Under the pieces are notes generated by a model, which did no database searches, was not told the origin of the DNA, and worked only from the letters and a program-made list of their open reading frames with translations. The translations under genes and the position numbers were made by a program. From Bryobacterales bacterium (GTDB taxonomy: Bacteria; Acidobacteriota; Terriglobia; Bryobacterales; Bryobacteraceae), in assembly GCA_963696305.1 (NCBI GenBank), contig CAVOJX010000015.1:44505-108504 (forward strand): a stretch of DNA of 64,000 nt, given 5' to 3'. Below are positions 37,313 through 46,609 of this stretch, piece by piece; within the stretch, counting starts at the first letter, position 1, and every line of letters starts with the position of its first letter.

Positions 37313-38671
37313 TCAACTCTCCCGTCCCACTGCAAGTTCCAATTCTTCCGGACTCATCGTGGGGCTCGCATCCATTTGTTGCAAAGGTATGGTCAACTCA
37401 ACTGTCGTACCAGCGCCGGGAGTCGAATGTACTTCCAGTGTCCCACGCAGCAGAGACGCGCGTTCGCGCATTGCGATCAAACCCAATCCGCGGCTTTCGC
37501 TCGATTTCAAGCCGCGTCCAAAATCAATAATAGTGATCACTAGATTCACAGCGTCAAATTTCAAATCCACTTCAGCGCGTTTCGCTCCCGAATGCTTGGC
37601 GGCATTATTCAAAGCTTCCTGCACGATGCGAAAACAATGCGTCGCTGGTTGGCCCACTATGCGTTCCGGCACGCCCTCAATATGCACCTTTGTTTCAATT
37701 CCTGTCTGCTTTTGGAAAACATCGGCAAACCACTCCACGCCTTTCACCAAACCGTAATCATCAATAACGGACGGATGCAGCATTTGCGAAAGGCTTCGCA
37801 TTTTTTCCAATGTGTTGTGTGTGATTTTTCGAATCTCGGTCAATTCCGTCCGCAAAGGAGAATCCGGCGGAATGCCCTTCTTTTCCGCCCGCGTCAGCAT
37901 CGCGCCCACCGCTGTCAAAATCTGCCCGAACTCATCGTGAAGCTCGCGTGAAACCGATCGCAAAACCTCCTCCTGAACCGTGATCAACCTGGCCGCCAGC
38001 ACACGCCGTTGCTTAGACATCGCCTCAATCCGCGCAAACAAACGGCGGTTGGAATAAATCGTATAAGAACTGCTAACCAGAATGCCGACGATCGTTGCCG
38101 CCAAAACCGCGTAGATATCGCCCTTCACGCCTTCATAGATCGACGCCACTTTGTTGTCCGCTTGCTCTTCGGCCTGGTTATTCTTTTCCAATAGATCGGA
38201 GACCAAAGCCGAAAGCGTATTCTGCTGCGTGAATAAACTCGTGCCGGCTAGAACGCGTGCATCCGTCTCGTGTCCGCTAGCTGCATCCGCAAACACTTGA
38301 CTGGAAGTTCTCGAAAACTCGTTCAGTGCCGTAGCTAAGGCGCTTGATCGGGCCGGGTCCAGTGAAAATTTCTGTTCACGGCCAATGGAATCCTGCAAAT
38401 CGTCGCCCAGCTTGTCGAATTCCGGCTGAAAATGAATCAGGCCTTGACTGGGTCCCGACGCCACCATATCCCGCACTCGCAGGCCAATCTGGTTTAAATC
38501 CGTCTCGGCGCGAATCAGCATTAAGCTATCATGACGGTTTAAATCAATCGTATCCGTCTGGAGTCGTCGCAACGTCCTAAGCTGGTACAGCGTATAAGCC
38601 GAGAAGCCTGCGACCGCCGCTAACGTAATGACCAATCCAATTAGCAAACGTAACGTTGGTGACTTGATCAT
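37313..38671 (-). CDS. Membrane sensor histidine kinase (HisKA_3 + HATPase_c)
   Basis: Two TM helices flanking an ~170-aa extracytoplasmic helical domain. H-box SRELHDEFGQILTAV. G-boxes DFGRGL and GLGLIAMRERA. Confidence 0.85.
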   Translation of the reverse strand: MIKSPTLRLLIGLVITLAAVAGFSAYTLYQLRTLRRLQTDTIDLNRHDSLMLIRAETDLNQIGLRVRDMVASGPSQGLIHFQPEFDKLGDDLQDSIGREQKFSLDPARSSALATALNEFSRTSSQVFADAASGHETDARVLAGTSLFTQQNTLSALVSDLLEKNNQAEEQADNKVASIYEGVKGDIYAVLAATIVGILVSSSYTIYSNRRLFARIEAMSKQRRVLAARLITVQEEVLRSVSRELHDEFGQILTAVGAMLTRAEKKGIPPDSPLRTELTEIRKITHNTLEKMRSLSQMLHPSVIDDYGLVKGVEWFADVFQKQTGIETKVHIEGVPERIVGQPATHCFRIVQEALNNAAKHSGAKRAEVDLKFDAVNLVITIIDFGRGLKSSESRGLGLIAMRERASLLRGTLEVHSTPGAGTTVELTIPLQQMDASPTMSPEELELAVGRES

Positions 38672-38722
38672 TTAGGAGTTGGCGAGCCACTTTCCTGTTG
38701 TAACTAGTGTCTCTCATTTAGT

Positions 38723-39466
38723 ATGACGATTCAAACACCCACTTTGTTGCGTTTATGCGCATGTTTCGCCGTTGTTTTGCTAGGCAGCTCGCTTGTTTTC
38801 GCCCAAAACGACCTCCTCAACCATTCCGCCTGGGCGATTGCCACACAAGCCACTATGGACGATCCGCAAGATGTCCGCGAAACTAGCGAAGAAGTTCCCA
38901 ACAGCATCACGCATGCCGGACAGCCGAATCAAGGGAATTCGAACGCCGGTCCGAACGAACGCTGGGACGGCCAAATTGGAAAAACTCGCATGGGCCACTT
39001 AGCAACCATCCCAGTTTTGGTTCGTTGGGATAGTGCGGCCGTCATCCGAAAAGCGCTCACCGAGCAGCACGATGCGAATGTCGCAGACTTCACCGCATCC
39101 GCCAACGATCACTTCATTTTGACTGTCGTTGGATTGCTGCCCGCGAAGGGCATAAAAGGCGTGGCCACCATCGCACCGAAAAGTAGCAACAATGAAGACG
39201 ATACAACGCAAGCCCGCAGTGCGGAAGAAATTCTCGAGTGGTTTATGGCCAATTCGTTGATTCTCTTGAAGGGACAACCCTCGTTGCGTCCCGAAAACGT
39301 CAAAGTGGATGCTGACACCGGAACGCTGCATCTATATTTCCCGCGCTCTGAAAAATTTGCCACCGGCAAACATGAACTTTTGTTCGCCACGCGCTACGGG
39401 TCAATGGCGGTGCAAGCCAAGTTTCGTGTCAAAGACATGACAGTGAATGGACAGCCGGATTTATAA
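38723..39466 (+). CDS. Secreted hypothetical protein
   Basis: Signal peptide (LLRLCACFAVVLLGSSLVFAQ). No motif recognised. Diverges from the two-component system. Confidence 0.5.
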   Translation: MTIQTPTLLRLCACFAVVLLGSSLVFAQNDLLNHSAWAIATQATMDDPQDVRETSEEVPNSITHAGQPNQGNSNAGPNERWDGQIGKTRMGHLATIPVLVRWDSAAVIRKALTEQHDANVADFTASANDHFILTVVGLLPAKGIKGVATIAPKSSNNEDDTTQARSAEEILEWFMANSLILLKGQPSLRPENVKVDADTGTLHLYFPRSEKFATGKHELLFATRYGSMAVQAKFRVKDMTVNGQPDL

Positions 39467-39490
39467 GAACCTCCGTTCTACCATCAGAGT

Positions 39491-41323
39491 TTGCGCAACA
39501 TTACCCTCCTGCTTAGTCTGCTCGCTTCTGGATATTTGTCAGCCGAGCCTACTGTTCGTTACGACATTTCATTTCCCAACGCGACACATCATGAAGCGGA
39601 AATCCGAGCCACATTCTCCGGCGTGGATTTATCCAAACCTTTAAAAGTGGTAATGAGTCGTTCATCTCCCGGACGCTACGCCCTTCACGAATTTGCCAAA
39701 AACGTCTCGCGCTTCCGGGCCACCGACGCGCAATCAAACGCGCTTCGCGTGGAGCACAAAGATCCTTACAGTTGGGACGTAACCCCGCAAAGCGAAACCA
39801 TCATTTGCTACTACACCCTTTATGGAGATTTGGTGGATGGTACCTACGCCGCCATTGACCAGACACACGCGCATTTGAACCTCCCCGCGACGCTCATTTG
39901 GGCCGAAGGCATGGCAGGCGTTCCGGCAACGCTTGCGTTTCATGTCCCGGAAGGCTCTGGTTGGAAAGCCGCAACCCAGCTCATTCCCAATCCCGATGGT
40001 ACATTCTCTGCGCCTGCTATCGCGGGCTCCGCATTGGAGTGGATGATGGATAGCCCAGTCGAACTGAGCGCCAGTCCCATCAGGGAGTGGACCTACGCCG
40101 GCCAAACCTTCCGCTTAGCTCTGCATCATCAGGGCAGCGATGCGGACGCTGAACAATTTGAAGATCTGTGCAAGCGAGTCGTAGCCGAGGAACGCGGTGT
40201 CTTCGGCGAACTTCCTCACTACGATCACGGAACCTATACATTTCTCGTCGACTTTCTCCCCTGGGCACACGCCGATGGCATGGAGCATCGTGATTCAACC
40301 GTCATTACTGGAGACCTTGAATTGAAGAACTCCATGCAACGCGCCATAGGCATCGTCTCGCATGAGTTTTTTCATTCCTGGAACGTCAAACGCATTCGGC
40401 CGAAGTCGCTTGAGCCGTTTGCTTTTGAACGCGCCGACATGTCAGGGGAACTGTGGTTTGCCGAAGGCTTCACTAATTACTACGGCGACTTGGTGCTCAA
40501 GCGCGCCGGCCTAGACACCTTAGATGATTTCGCCCAGAATATGAGCGGGGCTCTCAATGCTGTCCTCAACGACCCCGGCCACAATGTGGCATCGGCTGTC
40601 GAAATGAGTCAGGACGCGCCGTTTGTCGATGCCGCGAAATCCGTAGATCCAACCAATTGGGGCAACAACTTCATTTCGTATTACATCTACGGGCAAGCGC
40701 TGGCGTTTGGAATCGATCTCGCAATTCGCGAGCGATTTCCAGGCAAGTCGCTGGACGACTGGATGCGTACGATCTGGCGCGAACATCCCGACATCGAAAA
40801 GCCTTACACCATCGCAGATCTTGAGAACACGCTGGCCAAGACCACTGGCGATCCAGCGTTTGCTCATCAAATCTTTACGGACAACATCACCGGCTTAAAG
40901 CCACTGGACTACGCAACTTTGTCCGATCACGCCGGATTCGCATTGATATTGGCCCATCCAGGTAAACCCTGGTTAGGCGGTCCGGATTTGCAGGAATCGG
41001 AGAACGGCTTGCGCGTGGCAGATCCCACCTTGCGTGGGTCGCCGGTTTATGCGGTCGGAATTGACACTGGCGACGCAATATATAGCTGTGGACAGGACGA
41101 AGTGAAGACGATAAGCAATTTGAGTGCTTGTTTAGCCCTGCACAAGCCCGGCGACGCCGTAGTTCTTGGGGTTCGAGGGCGTGGCGGCGACAGAACGGTT
41201 ACAGTTCAACTAGGGCAAGATCCAACCTTGGAATTGAAGGCATACGAACAGTTGGGTCGGTCAGTGCCGAGTGACATAGAAAGATTTCGGAAGGAGTGGC
41301 TTGGCTCGAGGAGTGCGAACTAA
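39491..41323 (+). CDS. M61-family glycyl aminopeptidase-like metallopeptidase with C-terminal PDZ-like domain
   Basis: Signal peptide, zinc motif HEFFHSWNVKRIRP plus a downstream Glu (WFAEGFTNYY). TTG start. Confidence 0.85.
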   Translation: MRNITLLLSLLASGYLSAEPTVRYDISFPNATHHEAEIRATFSGVDLSKPLKVVMSRSSPGRYALHEFAKNVSRFRATDAQSNALRVEHKDPYSWDVTPQSETIICYYTLYGDLVDGTYAAIDQTHAHLNLPATLIWAEGMAGVPATLAFHVPEGSGWKAATQLIPNPDGTFSAPAIAGSALEWMMDSPVELSASPIREWTYAGQTFRLALHHQGSDADAEQFEDLCKRVVAEERGVFGELPHYDHGTYTFLVDFLPWAHADGMEHRDSTVITGDLELKNSMQRAIGIVSHEFFHSWNVKRIRPKSLEPFAFERADMSGELWFAEGFTNYYGDLVLKRAGLDTLDDFAQNMSGALNAVLNDPGHNVASAVEMSQDAPFVDAAKSVDPTNWGNNFISYYIYGQALAFGIDLAIRERFPGKSLDDWMRTIWREHPDIEKPYTIADLENTLAKTTGDPAFAHQIFTDNITGLKPLDYATLSDHAGFALILAHPGKPWLGGPDLQESENGLRVADPTLRGSPVYAVGIDTGDAIYSCGQDEVKTISNLSACLALHKPGDAVVLGVRGRGGDRTVTVQLGQDPTLELKAYEQLGRSVPSDIERFRKEWLGSRSAN

Positions 41324-41409
41324 TATCTAATATGATATTGTTATCTTCATGAGCTAGACCGGGTATGGGTCCAGGCTGGAGCCGACCAGCTCATTGTCAA
41401 TATAAGAAT

Positions 41410-41808
41410 ATGGCTGCAGGGCAGTGCAGAGAGTGCGGGGGATTGCTTCGGAGGTCGAAGCGAAGGCTTGTGGAGCGTATCTTCTACGCCGAAGCGCATA
41501 AGTGTGCCAAATGCGGCACACGGTCCAAAACCGCTATTCTCGACTTCAAAAACATCCGCTACGCTAAGTGCCCCTGCTGCAAGTCGGTTGATCTCACCGT
41601 GCTTAAGCGCGTGGACAAAATTGACCGAATGAACAGCGGCTTCCGCAATTTTGTGAATCGGATCCTCGGCGGCAAGCTCTACCACTGTTGGTTCTGCCGC
41701 GTGCAGTTCTACGACACGCGGAAACGGCTTCTGGCCGGACGGGAACCCGGACTAAATCCTTTGTCAATGCCGAATGAAGACAGCGGCGACGTTAAGATTG
41801 CTTCTTGA
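41410..41808 (+). CDS. Zinc-ribbon hypothetical protein (four CxxC pairs)
   Basis: CRECGG...CAKCG...CPCC...CWFC. ATG 41410 is preferred over the upstream start at 41365, but the start is uncertain. Confidence 0.5.
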   Translation: MAAGQCRECGGLLRRSKRRLVERIFYAEAHKCAKCGTRSKTAILDFKNIRYAKCPCCKSVDLTVLKRVDKIDRMNSGFRNFVNRILGGKLYHCWFCRVQFYDTRKRLLAGREPGLNPLSMPNEDSGDVKIAS

Positions 41809-41846
41809 GTTTCGGGTAGAATGCAAGGGTCACAAATAAGGCCCTC

Positions 41847-42632
41847 ATGCAAAGACGTACCTTCCTACAATCCTCCCTGTCGGCATCGGCAATTGCGTTT
41901 GCCAAAGCCGAAGCTCAAGACAAAACCCCACGCGAATATTACGAACTCCGCCAGTACAAGCTGGAAAACGGACCTCAGAACCAGCTCACACATGGCTATC
42001 TGGAGAAGGCGTTGATACCGGCGCTGAATCGTATGGGCATGAACCGCATTGGCGCGTTCAACCTGTATCTAGGTTCCGAAACGCCTATGCTCTACGTGCT
42101 CATTCCCAGTGAATCGCTGGAAAAGTTGGCCACAGCCGAATTGAAACTGGCCGAGGACGAAGAATACCAGCGCGCCGGAACAGCTTTTCTAAAGGCGCCC
42201 GCCAAAGAACCAGCCTATGTTCGCGTCGAAAGCCAATTGCTGGTCGCCTTTGCAGGCTATCCCAAGTTAACTCCGCCGCCCGTTACCGAAAAGCACGGCT
42301 CGCGCGTGTTCCAATTGCGCACTTACGAAAGTCCCAGCAACGAAGACCACCGCATCAAGGTCGATATGTTCCACCACGGCGAATTCGATTACTTTCAGAA
42401 AGCCGGCTTCTGGCAAGTGTTCTATGGCGACGCGTTAATCGGCCCCCGCATGCCGCATCTAACTTACATGCTGGCGTTTCCCGAACTCGCAGCTATGGAC
42501 GGAATGTGGAACGCTTTCTCTAACGACCCCGATTGGAAAAAGCTCTCCTCATCACCCAAATACGCATTTGAAAGCATCGTTTCCAACATCGACAGCCTGA
42601 TTCTCAAACCCACTGCCTATTCGCAGATTTAG
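41847..42632 (+). CDS. NIPSNAP-domain protein with twin-arginine-like signal
   Basis: MQRRTFLQSSLSASAIAFA signal. Duplicated YELRQYKL / FQLRTYES dimeric alpha-beta-barrel starts typical of NIPSNAP. Confidence 0.7.
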   Translation: MQRRTFLQSSLSASAIAFAKAEAQDKTPREYYELRQYKLENGPQNQLTHGYLEKALIPALNRMGMNRIGAFNLYLGSETPMLYVLIPSESLEKLATAELKLAEDEEYQRAGTAFLKAPAKEPAYVRVESQLLVAFAGYPKLTPPPVTEKHGSRVFQLRTYESPSNEDHRIKVDMFHHGEFDYFQKAGFWQVFYGDALIGPRMPHLTYMLAFPELAAMDGMWNAFSNDPDWKKLSSSPKYAFESIVSNIDSLILKPTAYSQI

Positions 42633-42634
42633 AC

Positions 42635-43522
42635 ATGCTACGTCTGGCTTTCGCATTTCTCACTTCCATGAGCATCCTGTCCGCCGCCCCGCCATTTGTG
42701 CCCTTGTTTCCCAATGGGGTTCCCGGCGGCAAACGCGACCTGGGCCCCGAGCGGGATACAACCACAGCCAAAGACAATCTTGTCGCCGGCCATTCGGTCA
42801 TCCGGCTCGGCAATGTAGCTGAGCCTGCCATCGCCTTCTACCCTGCGCCCGACGCTAGCAACTCGGGTGCAACCGTCATCGTGTTTCCGGGCGGCGGCTA
42901 CCGCATTCTAGCCATGGATCTCGAAGGCACCGAGGTTTGCCAATGGCTCAATTCCATCGGCGTCAATGCCGCGCTTGTGAAGTATCGCGTGCCCGAACCA
43001 GAAGGCATGCCACGTTATCAAGAGCCTTTGCAAGACGCTCAACGAGCAGTCAGCTACGTTCGCAGCAAAGCAACCGAGTGGCGCTTAGATCCGAAAAAAA
43101 TCGGAGTGCTTGGCTTCTCCGCTGGCGGACACCTTGTCGCCATGGTCAGCAACAGCTTTGACAAACGTACTTATCCAGCGCAAGATGCCATCGATGAAAT
43201 CAGCAGCCGCCCAGACTTCGCCGTGCTCATCTATCCCGCTTATCTCGCAGTTGGAGACAAACTCGACAAACTAGCCCCCGAAGTGTTCCTGAAGCCAAAC
43301 GGACCTCCCGCCTTCATCGTCCAAACCGAAGACGATCCGGTACATGTCGAAAGCAGCTTGGTCTATTACCGCGCACTTAAGGACGCGAAAGTGAAAGCCG
43401 AACTGCATCTCTTCTCCGTAGGCGGCCACGGATATGGCATGCGACCCGATCCCTCCAAACCCGTCACCGACTGGCCCAAGCTAGCCGAAGCCTGGTTGCG
43501 AGGACAGGGAATTCTCCGCTAG
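42635..43522 (+). CDS. Secreted alpha/beta hydrolase (esterase/lipase-like)
   Basis: Signal peptide, oxyanion VFPGGGY, nucleophile elbow GFSAGGH, catalytic D/H region (EDDPV..., GGHGYG). Confidence 0.8.
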   Translation: MLRLAFAFLTSMSILSAAPPFVPLFPNGVPGGKRDLGPERDTTTAKDNLVAGHSVIRLGNVAEPAIAFYPAPDASNSGATVIVFPGGGYRILAMDLEGTEVCQWLNSIGVNAALVKYRVPEPEGMPRYQEPLQDAQRAVSYVRSKATEWRLDPKKIGVLGFSAGGHLVAMVSNSFDKRTYPAQDAIDEISSRPDFAVLIYPAYLAVGDKLDKLAPEVFLKPNGPPAFIVQTEDDPVHVESSLVYYRALKDAKVKAELHLFSVGGHGYGMRPDPSKPVTDWPKLAEAWLRGQGILR

Positions 43523-43599
43523 CGCACTTACATGATTTGGTGCGGATTCAGTCGCTCCGAGTGAGGGCAAGGCATTCGGACCGCCTGCCGCCGGGTGGT

Positions 43600-43956
43600 T
43601 TACTGCCCAGACGACGCTGCTTTTGAGTGCGCTACCTCCAGGTGTCGTTTGTATTGTGCCAAAGCTTCGTCCGTTGCGAGCTTTGCTGCACGCACCTGTT
43701 GCTTAATGGCTTTTGCTTGCTCAGGCTCAACCTCGCTGGAACTGCGAAGAACTAGGTTCCAGTGATCATCGGCGGTTTTCTCCAGCAACGCTTCTAACTC
43801 AGCACACGTCGCGCAACCACGCACTGATGACTCCTTCCAATAGCCACGATCATGCTTCAAATCCGGCGTGGCGGGCAGCAAGTAATCGCCCCCGCGTATT
43901 ATGGCACCTTTTCGCCATGGCTGGTGTGGCAACCAACAGTAAAAATACACAGTCAC
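43600..43956 (-). CDS. Hypothetical protein (118 aa)
   Basis: ORF only (GTG start). The C-terminal half looks helical. No motif recognised. Confidence 0.35.
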   Translation of the reverse strand: MTVYFYCWLPHQPWRKGAIIRGGDYLLPATPDLKHDRGYWKESSVRGCATCAELEALLEKTADDHWNLVLRSSSEVEPEQAKAIKQQVRAAKLATDEALAQYKRHLEVAHSKAASSGQ

Positions 43957-44107
43957 AAATACCGGGATAAATTAATCAGGGAAAAAAGGCTTCGCCCGCT
44001 AGCGATTGGATGTACAATTCAGCTAACAAAAATGGCCGATCGACGCTCAGATTTGCCCCCACCGCGACTAGCGCGCTGCTCCGGCACACCTAACTAAGGG
44101 AGATTTC

Positions 44108-45118
44108 ATGAATATCAGGATGACCGCAAAGCACAGAAACATACTCAAGACGTTTGTTACTGGTTCCATGCGTCTTGCGGAATTTGCCATTACCAATGAA
44201 TGCGTCGCCAAGTGCACCTTCTGCGACATCTGGAAGCAGCGACCCAGGCAATACGTCGACAAGGAGAAAGGGCTGCTGGCGATTGATAAACTTGCCGACT
44301 TTGGCGTCGCCCATATCACTCTCACCGGCGGCGAACCGCTGCTTCACCCCAACATCATCGATTTTGCCAAGAAATGCACTTCCCGTAATATCCATAACGC
44401 GGTTCTTGACGCGGCCCCTTCACTCGTCACCGAGCCCATACTCGACGGCCTGGACGAAGCGCTCACTGACATGATCTCCATCTCATTCGACTCGGATGAT
44501 CCTAAGGTCTGCGAGGAATCCAGACGGATTCCCAACATCCTGCCCGAAATCGAAAACGCGGTGCAGAGGATCAAGCGGACGAAGATCAAATCCATGGCTT
44601 CCATCCTTATCTGGAACAATAACCACGATCGGATGGAAAAGGTCTTCATCAAGGCGACGGATATGGGATTCGACCACATCTCCGTCAATTACCCGACTTT
44701 CTCCAAATCAGTTTTATATCCCCTGGGCGGAGAAGGAATCAGCCTGTCAAGAGGCGCGGTGATTCAGTCGCTCAAAAGCATCATTGAAATCAAGAAGCTG
44801 AACAAGTACCCGATCGTCAACTCCATCGCGTCGATGGAGAATATTATCCAGTACCTCACAGATCCGGCGAAGGTGCGCTACCAATGTCTGGGAGGGTCTC
44901 GTGTCATGTTCGTGGACTGGTTCTTAGATGTGAGGCCGTGCATGCAGCTTCCGCAGGTGCTGGGCAACATCCTCACGATGACAAAAGATGACTTTGCCAC
45001 AGAACCATGCAACAGGTGCAACATGAGCTGGTACCGCGATTTCAGCACCTTTTTCCATGGAGTGAAATCGTTCCCTGTTTACCTGGAATCGGCAACCTCG
45101 TCTCGCGGATTGTATTAA
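44108..45118 (+). CDS. Orphan radical-SAM enzyme with C-terminal Cys-rich (twitch/SPASM-like) region
   Basis: CxxxCxxC cluster motif (NECVAKCTFCDIW), GGEPLL SAM-binding motif, C-terminal C-x17-C-x22-C-x2-C. SD aagggag lies 6 nt upstream of the ATG. Confidence 0.85.
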   Translation: MNIRMTAKHRNILKTFVTGSMRLAEFAITNECVAKCTFCDIWKQRPRQYVDKEKGLLAIDKLADFGVAHITLTGGEPLLHPNIIDFAKKCTSRNIHNAVLDAAPSLVTEPILDGLDEALTDMISISFDSDDPKVCEESRRIPNILPEIENAVQRIKRTKIKSMASILIWNNNHDRMEKVFIKATDMGFDHISVNYPTFSKSVLYPLGGEGISLSRGAVIQSLKSIIEIKKLNKYPIVNSIASMENIIQYLTDPAKVRYQCLGGSRVMFVDWFLDVRPCMQLPQVLGNILTMTKDDFATEPCNRCNMSWYRDFSTFFHGVKSFPVYLESATSSRGLY

Positions 45119-45149
45119 CCCGTCGGCGGGGTCGGTCCACACCTGCGAC

Positions 45150-45938
45150 CTATCGCGCCTCATGCCAAGTAGGGCTCGCCAGTCCAATCTGCCAAAGCGG
45201 GCCGCCCTCGTACAGCACTGTCTCCAGCTTCAAAAATCCAGGAGCTTTTCCGCCGATAATCCAGATGCGCCCATCCGGAGGCTGCTTGCCAATAAAAGGA
45301 GCAATCAACCCGGCGATCCCACCGATATCAATCTTGAACTTATAGCAAAATGCCTTTCTCTCTATTCCATCTAGATAGAAAGAATCCTCCCCTGCAGGCG
45401 TAATCTCAAGCTTGACAATGACCGGCTTTGGTGTTGCAATGAGCATCGAAACAGTTGTCTTTGGAGAGTCTGGATCGACGTCCATAATCAGCGTTGGCAA
45501 CATCCCATTCACAAGATCAGGCGGCAGTTTCAAGCGATCGGATATCGTCTTCTCCTTACCGTCTTCATCCTTGTCATGCACCGTCACCAAACCCTTGCCA
45601 ACATTTAACGACAGATCAATCGCATGCTTGAAGCTGGGACCTTTTTGAATTAAGTGGTAAGTCAGCAACTGATACGTGCTTCGCTGCGCGTAAAGGGCGG
45701 TCTCCTCATGTAACGACCCATCTTTGAAATGAAAAATGAGCTCTGCCGTTACCCGGTTCCCTTTTGTGGTTTGCAAAAGATCGCCCGATGCCAGCGCCCT
45801 ACCTTCCATATCGCGCAGCACCAAAAAGCCGTGAATCAATCCTTGCTGATGGTGGACAGTAACCGGATCGGCAGCCGCCAGAACGGAAAATGTAAGTCCC
45901 AAGGCAAGGGCTCGCAAGCGAACGCCGCCGCAGTGCAC
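45150..45938 (-). CDS. Secreted hypothetical protein (262 aa)
   Basis: Signal-peptide-like N-terminus (LRALALGLTFSVLAAA). The GTG start overlaps the BON gene stop by 1 nt. Confidence 0.5.
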   Translation of the reverse strand: MHCGGVRLRALALGLTFSVLAAADPVTVHHQQGLIHGFLVLRDMEGRALASGDLLQTTKGNRVTAELIFHFKDGSLHEETALYAQRSTYQLLTYHLIQKGPSFKHAIDLSLNVGKGLVTVHDKDEDGKEKTISDRLKLPPDLVNGMLPTLIMDVDPDSPKTTVSMLIATPKPVIVKLEITPAGEDSFYLDGIERKAFCYKFKIDIGGIAGLIAPFIGKQPPDGRIWIIGGKAPGFLKLETVLYEGGPLWQIGLASPTWHEAR

Positions 45939-46390
45939 TAATGACTGCCCACTACAATCTGGTTTCGCACCTGCGTCACACCTTCCACTTGAGCCGCAGC
46001 CGTCTCAGCTGCTTTTTTTTGGTCCTCGTTCGCAACCGTCCCGGTAAGGGTCACCACGCTTCCTGCCAAGTGGACGTCCACATCGGTGAGCGTAGTAAGC
46101 CCGGCGTCGGACGCCACTTTCGTTTTCACTTTGGCCAGCAGTGCTGCGTGGCTCAACGCCACCTGCGCGTGCCCTGCTGGATCCTGCCTCTCAGGACCAA
46201 CAGCGGCCTGCACCTTGGAGCTCAAATCTTTGGCTTCTTTTGTAATCTCCTGGTCAGCCTTCTTGGCTCCCTCCGCGACCTCATGACCAGCGTCGCGCGT
46301 CTGTTGCTTCGCTTTTTCTTGTCCGGATGAACTGCACGCCGTTAAGCCGATCACTAGAATAATTCCCAGCAATGCAAATGAGGGTCTCAT
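45938..46390 (-). CDS. BON-domain lipoprotein (OsmY-like)
   Basis: ATG 46390 is preceded by AGGAG at 6-nt spacing. Lipobox LTAC. C-terminal BON motif (VDVHLAGSVVTLTGTVANEDQKKAAETAAAQVEGVTQVRNQI). Confidence 0.75.
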   Translation of the reverse strand: MRPSFALLGIILVIGLTACSSSGQEKAKQQTRDAGHEVAEGAKKADQEITKEAKDLSSKVQAAVGPERQDPAGHAQVALSHAALLAKVKTKVASDAGLTTLTDVDVHLAGSVVTLTGTVANEDQKKAAETAAAQVEGVTQVRNQIVVGSH

Positions 46391-46609
46391 CAGGCGCTCC
46401 TTCAAGGAAGACTTGCACCTGAATATTTCGTTTCCCTATATTGCGAAGCTACTCCGCAGTATGACCACCTAAAACCGGCGCCCGAAAGCAACGTGTTACC
46501 GCCGAACAAAAGGAAAAATTAACCGGGATAACCGGTAAACTCAGGCGCAATATTGACCGTTCTAGCGTCTTTAGGCTTAGGTTCGCTCTAACTCAATACC
46601 CATATTTTT

